DNA from: Candidatus Omnitrophota bacterium
GTDB taxonomy: Bacteria; Omnitrophota; 4484-213
Length of the DNA: 38,660 nucleotides
NCBI GenBank assembly: GCA_003645805.1
Contig: QNCL01000003.1
Coordinates: 1-38,660, forward strand
Direction: 5' to 3'
Shown here one piece after another: positions 36,789 through 38,660 of the stretch (position 1 is the first letter of the stretch; the number at the start of each line of letters is the position of its first letter). The notes beneath the pieces were generated by a model. It was given only the letters and a program-made list of their open reading frames with translations, had not been told where the DNA came from and searched no databases. The translations under genes and the position numbers were made by a program.

Positions 36789-37100
36789 ATGTCAAAAGGA
36801 TTGTTAAGCTTTCATCAGGCTTTAGAGTATTTAGGAGTAAACAGAGGAGAGTTGAAGAAACTAATTAAGGAAAAGAGAATCACTCCTTATAAGATAGGAG
36901 GAACTTATTTGAGGTTCAAGAGAGAGGACCTTGAGAATTTAAGGAGTCATTTAGAGAGAAAAGCAAAAAAAGCGCATTGGTTAACACAAAAGGAAGAACC
37001 TGTGTTAATAGAAAGGATAGTTGATTTCTGGTATTTCAATGATTTATATATCCTCTCTACCCTAATTATCCTTTTTTTATTGTTTATAATCTTTAGATAA
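36789..37100 (+). CDS. Excisionase/BldC-like HTH_17 protein with C-terminal transmembrane helix
   Basis: LLSFHQALEYLGV..ITPYKIGGTYLRFKREDLE; tail DFWYFNDLYILSTLIILFLLFIIFR. Confidence 0.85.
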   Translation: MSKGLLSFHQALEYLGVNRGELKKLIKEKRITPYKIGGTYLRFKREDLENLRSHLERKAKKAHWLTQKEEPVLIERIVDFWYFNDLYILSTLIILFLLFIIFR

Positions 37101-37122
37101 ATTTAGAGTAAAATCTCCTTCT

Positions 37123-37197
37123 GGGGCTGTGGCGCAGAGGAAGCGCATCTGGCTGGCAGCCAGGAGGTCGTGGGTTCAAATCCCACCAGCTCCACCA
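37123..37197 (+). tRNA. tRNA-Ala(GGC)
   Basis: Acceptor GGGGCTG/CAGCTCC with G3:U70, anticodon loop CTGGCAG, CCA. Confidence 0.96.
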
Positions 37198-37241
37198 GAG
37201 GAGAGCGAGATAGTAGTAAAGGGAGGTAAGCAATTGTAGAT

Positions 37242-37277
37242 AAAAAAAGAACCCCGCTAATTGCGGGATTCTTTTTT
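37242..37277. terminator. Bidirectional intrinsic terminator
   Basis: A7-GAAC-CCCGC-TAATT-GCGGG-ATTC-T6 between convergent transcription units. Confidence 0.85.
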
Positions 37278-37306
37278 GAAAGATGATTATATTCAGCGAA
37301 GCAGTC

Positions 37307-37417
37307 TTACTTCTTCTTTTTCTTCTTCTTGGTGCTTTTTGTGCTTTTGCTACTCGTCTTCTTTGTGCTCTTCTTTGTGCTCTTCTTTGTGCTCTTTTTG
37401 GCTTTTTTCTTAGCCAT
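37307..37417 (-). CDS. 36-aa Lys/Ser/Thr-rich histone H1-like microprotein MAKKKAKKSTKKSTKKSTKKTSSKSTKSTKKKKKKK (not in ORF track)
   Basis: Strong SD GAGGAGGTGA, ATG at 37417, TAA at 37309-37307, upstream promoter and downstream terminator. Confidence 0.85.
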   Translation of the reverse strand: MAKKKAKKSTKKSTKKSTKKTSSKSTKSTKKKKKKK

Positions 37418-37435
37418 CTTTCACCTCCTCATTCT

Positions 37436-37472
37436 CTTGATTATGCACCCTTACTTGATGTGCATAACCAAG
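37436..37472 (-). promoter_or_regulatory. 13-bp stem-loop in the 5' UTR of the microprotein gene
   Basis: CTTGGTTATGCAC-N11-GTGCATAATCAAG on the minus strand (one G-U pair). Confidence 0.6.
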
Positions 37473-37530
37473 CGTTTCCAGTATTAAACAGGAGAGTTTG
37501 CGTCTTAAAATGAGAACTTATCTACTCCAT

Positions 37531-37559
37531 CTTTTAACACACTTTTATTCTCTTGTCAA
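37531..37559 (-). promoter_or_regulatory. Putative sigma70 promoter TTGACA-N17-TAAAAG with TGn
   Basis: Consensus -35, 17-nt spacer and extended -10-like element pointing at the microprotein gene. Confidence 0.55.
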
Positions 37560-37645
37560 GAGTTTTTTATATTGCGCGCAGACAAGATGTTTTCTCTTCT
37601 GAAGTAGAGAGAGAAAGGAAAGAGCAGATTTTTTATTTTTAATTT

Positions 37646-37733
37646 GCCGGAGTGGTGAAATTGGTAGACGCAGTGGACTCAAAATCCACCGGGCATTCTG
37701 CCCGTGTCGGTTCGAATCCGACCTCCGGCACCA
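37646..37733 (+). tRNA. tRNA-Leu(CAA)
   Basis: Acceptor GCCGGAG/CTCCGGC, anticodon arm GTGGA-CTCAAAA-TCCAC, variable arm, CCA. Confidence 0.97.
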
Positions 37734-37768
37734 GAATATGACTTAATGGCTTTTTGCCAACCATTTGG

Positions 37769-37791
37769 TGGGCGGTGCACTGCACCGCCCA
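37769..37791. repeat. REP-like perfect palindrome TGGGCGGTGCA-C-TGCACCGCCCA
   Basis: 11-bp arms with a 1-nt centre, no U-tract, overlapping a 5' GTGG tetranucleotide. Confidence 0.75.
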
Positions 37792-37982
37792 TTGATTTTA
37801 CACTCTTGCGCGTACAATGACTTCTGTTCTAAGATCGCTTATGTAAAAGAGGCAGATTTGGCACTGAATACCAGGCTCAAAATAGAAATGAGAGAAAGCT
37901 CCAATTCTACTCTTGAAACACTGAATAAAGATTACCAAAGCAGTTGAGTACCGGTGGATAGTTTATTTAAATAGTATTAATT

Positions 37983-38438
37983 ATGCATTATGCCAAGTCT
38001 AAAAAGACAATCAAAGATTTACCAGAAGCAGAAAGACCAAGAGAGAAATTAATGCGCTATGGCCCAGAAAAACTTTCTAATTCCGAACTCTTGGCTATAC
38101 TCTTGCGCTCAGGAAAGAAAGGAGAGAAGGAATACTTTGTTATTTTCTATCTTGACTCCCGAAATCAGGAAATCAAAAGAGAAATCATCTCCATTGGCTC
38201 TCTTAACGCTAATTTAGTCCACCCACGAGAAGTCTTTGAGCCAGCAGTAAGAGATTTAGCCGCTCAAATAATCTTAGCCCACAATCACCCCTCAGGAGAC
38301 CCAGAACCATCAGAAGATGATCTAACAATCACTAAAAGATTAGTAGAGGCTGGTAAAATTATGGGGATAGAGGTGGTTGAGCATATTATTGTAGTAAGAA
38401 ATGGATTTTTAAGTTTTAAGGAGAAAAATTTAATTTAG
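37983..38438 (+). CDS. radC: RadC/UPF0758 JAB-domain protein lacking the central HhH region
   Basis: ERPREKL..LSNSELLAILL joined directly to KEYF..VHPREVF..AHNHPSGDPEPSEDD. Confidence 0.88.
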   Translation: MHYAKSKKTIKDLPEAERPREKLMRYGPEKLSNSELLAILLRSGKKGEKEYFVIFYLDSRNQEIKREIISIGSLNANLVHPREVFEPAVRDLAAQIILAHNHPSGDPEPSEDDLTITKRLVEAGKIMGIEVVEHIIVVRNGFLSFKEKNLI

Positions 38439-38441
38439 TCT

Positions 38442-38660
38442 ATGGATAAAGCAAAGTATAAAAAACCTAAGGAAGAAATTGTAACAAAGCCCACTCGAAG
38501 AGTGGGATATATTAGAGATTTTGGTGTAGCAACTTCTATTTCTGTAGAAAGAACAAGAAGAGAATTTGGCGCCCACCTTACATCGGTTGATATTTTTAAA
38601 AAATTTATTTTCCCAGAAATAAAAAACATTCTACACAAGTATGTATGGGTAGATTTGTTC
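38442..38660 (+). CDS. N-terminus of a probable DNA amino-methyltransferase (partial, runs off the window)
   Basis: ATG 38442 opens 73 codons: ..RREFGAHLTSVDIF..WVDLF, resembling motif X (GqfyTp) followed by the start of motif I (DxFxGxG). Confidence 0.55.
   Translation, partial: MDKAKYKKPKEEIVTKPTRRVGYIRDFGVATSISVERTRREFGAHLTSVDIFKKFIFPEIKNILHKYVWVDLF

Larger units (their letters stand above)
37734..38660. mobile_element. Probable left end of a genomic/defence island at tRNA-Leu
   Basis: tRNA 3' end, visible loss of the G-rich + strand style, radC and probable MTase cargo; no integrase or second att site in the window. Confidence 0.55.

Noticed and set aside
494-36795. Many minus-strand ORFs of 60-190 aa
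   Set aside because: S/L/F/P-rich antisense shadows of purine-rich genes, with no recognisable motifs
37219-37239. Orphan SD AAGGGAGGT followed by TTG-TAG after tRNA-Ala
   Set aside because: Start-stop only; may be a relic or chance in purine-rich sequence
37283-37513. 76-aa hydrophobic + strand ORF (LLCALLCALLCA)
   Set aside because: Antisense shadow of the Lys-rich microprotein, which has the SD, promoter and terminator
37765-37947. 60-aa ORF after tRNA-Leu
   Set aside because: Starts within the palindrome, has no SD and no recognisable motif
38435-38638. 67-aa minus-strand ORF
   Set aside because: Shadow of the + strand MTase-like ORF starting at 38442

Overview
A densely packed, almost entirely + strand, purine(G/A)-rich housekeeping region of a diderm (LPS: kdsB, hldA, two GT9), probably anaerobic bacterium. 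Gene content and style suggest a PVC-related lineage such as Ca. Omnitrophota, but this is inference only. It carries trxA-yggS-amrS-trxB-thiC-dcd-dnaX-recR, purD, a tsaC-ywlE fusion, rpiB, nadA, dispersed pyr genes (pyrR, B, C, K, D, F, E), EndoQ, mutM, folP, a pabB-pabC fusion, ilvD, dnaK and five tRNAs. A probable genomic island starts after tRNA-Leu (internally deleted radC, start of a probable DNA methyltransferase). The ORF track missed four genes: a 58-aa ferredoxin whose halves share a perfect 60-nt repeat, two lysine-rich microproteins (24 and 36 aa) and the methyltransferase start. Best candidates for new biology: (1) a dnaK-coupled pair encoding a bactofilin fused to an Xis/BldC-like HTH, followed by a membrane-anchored Xis/BldC-like HTH (possible cytoskeleton-membrane-DNA tether); (2) a single GT9 gene bracketed by two identical 22-bp palindrome-containing repeats, whose predicted excised circle would restore an in-frame stop codon (possible integron-like or REP-mediated cassette). 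All calls come from reading motifs by eye; no searches were run.
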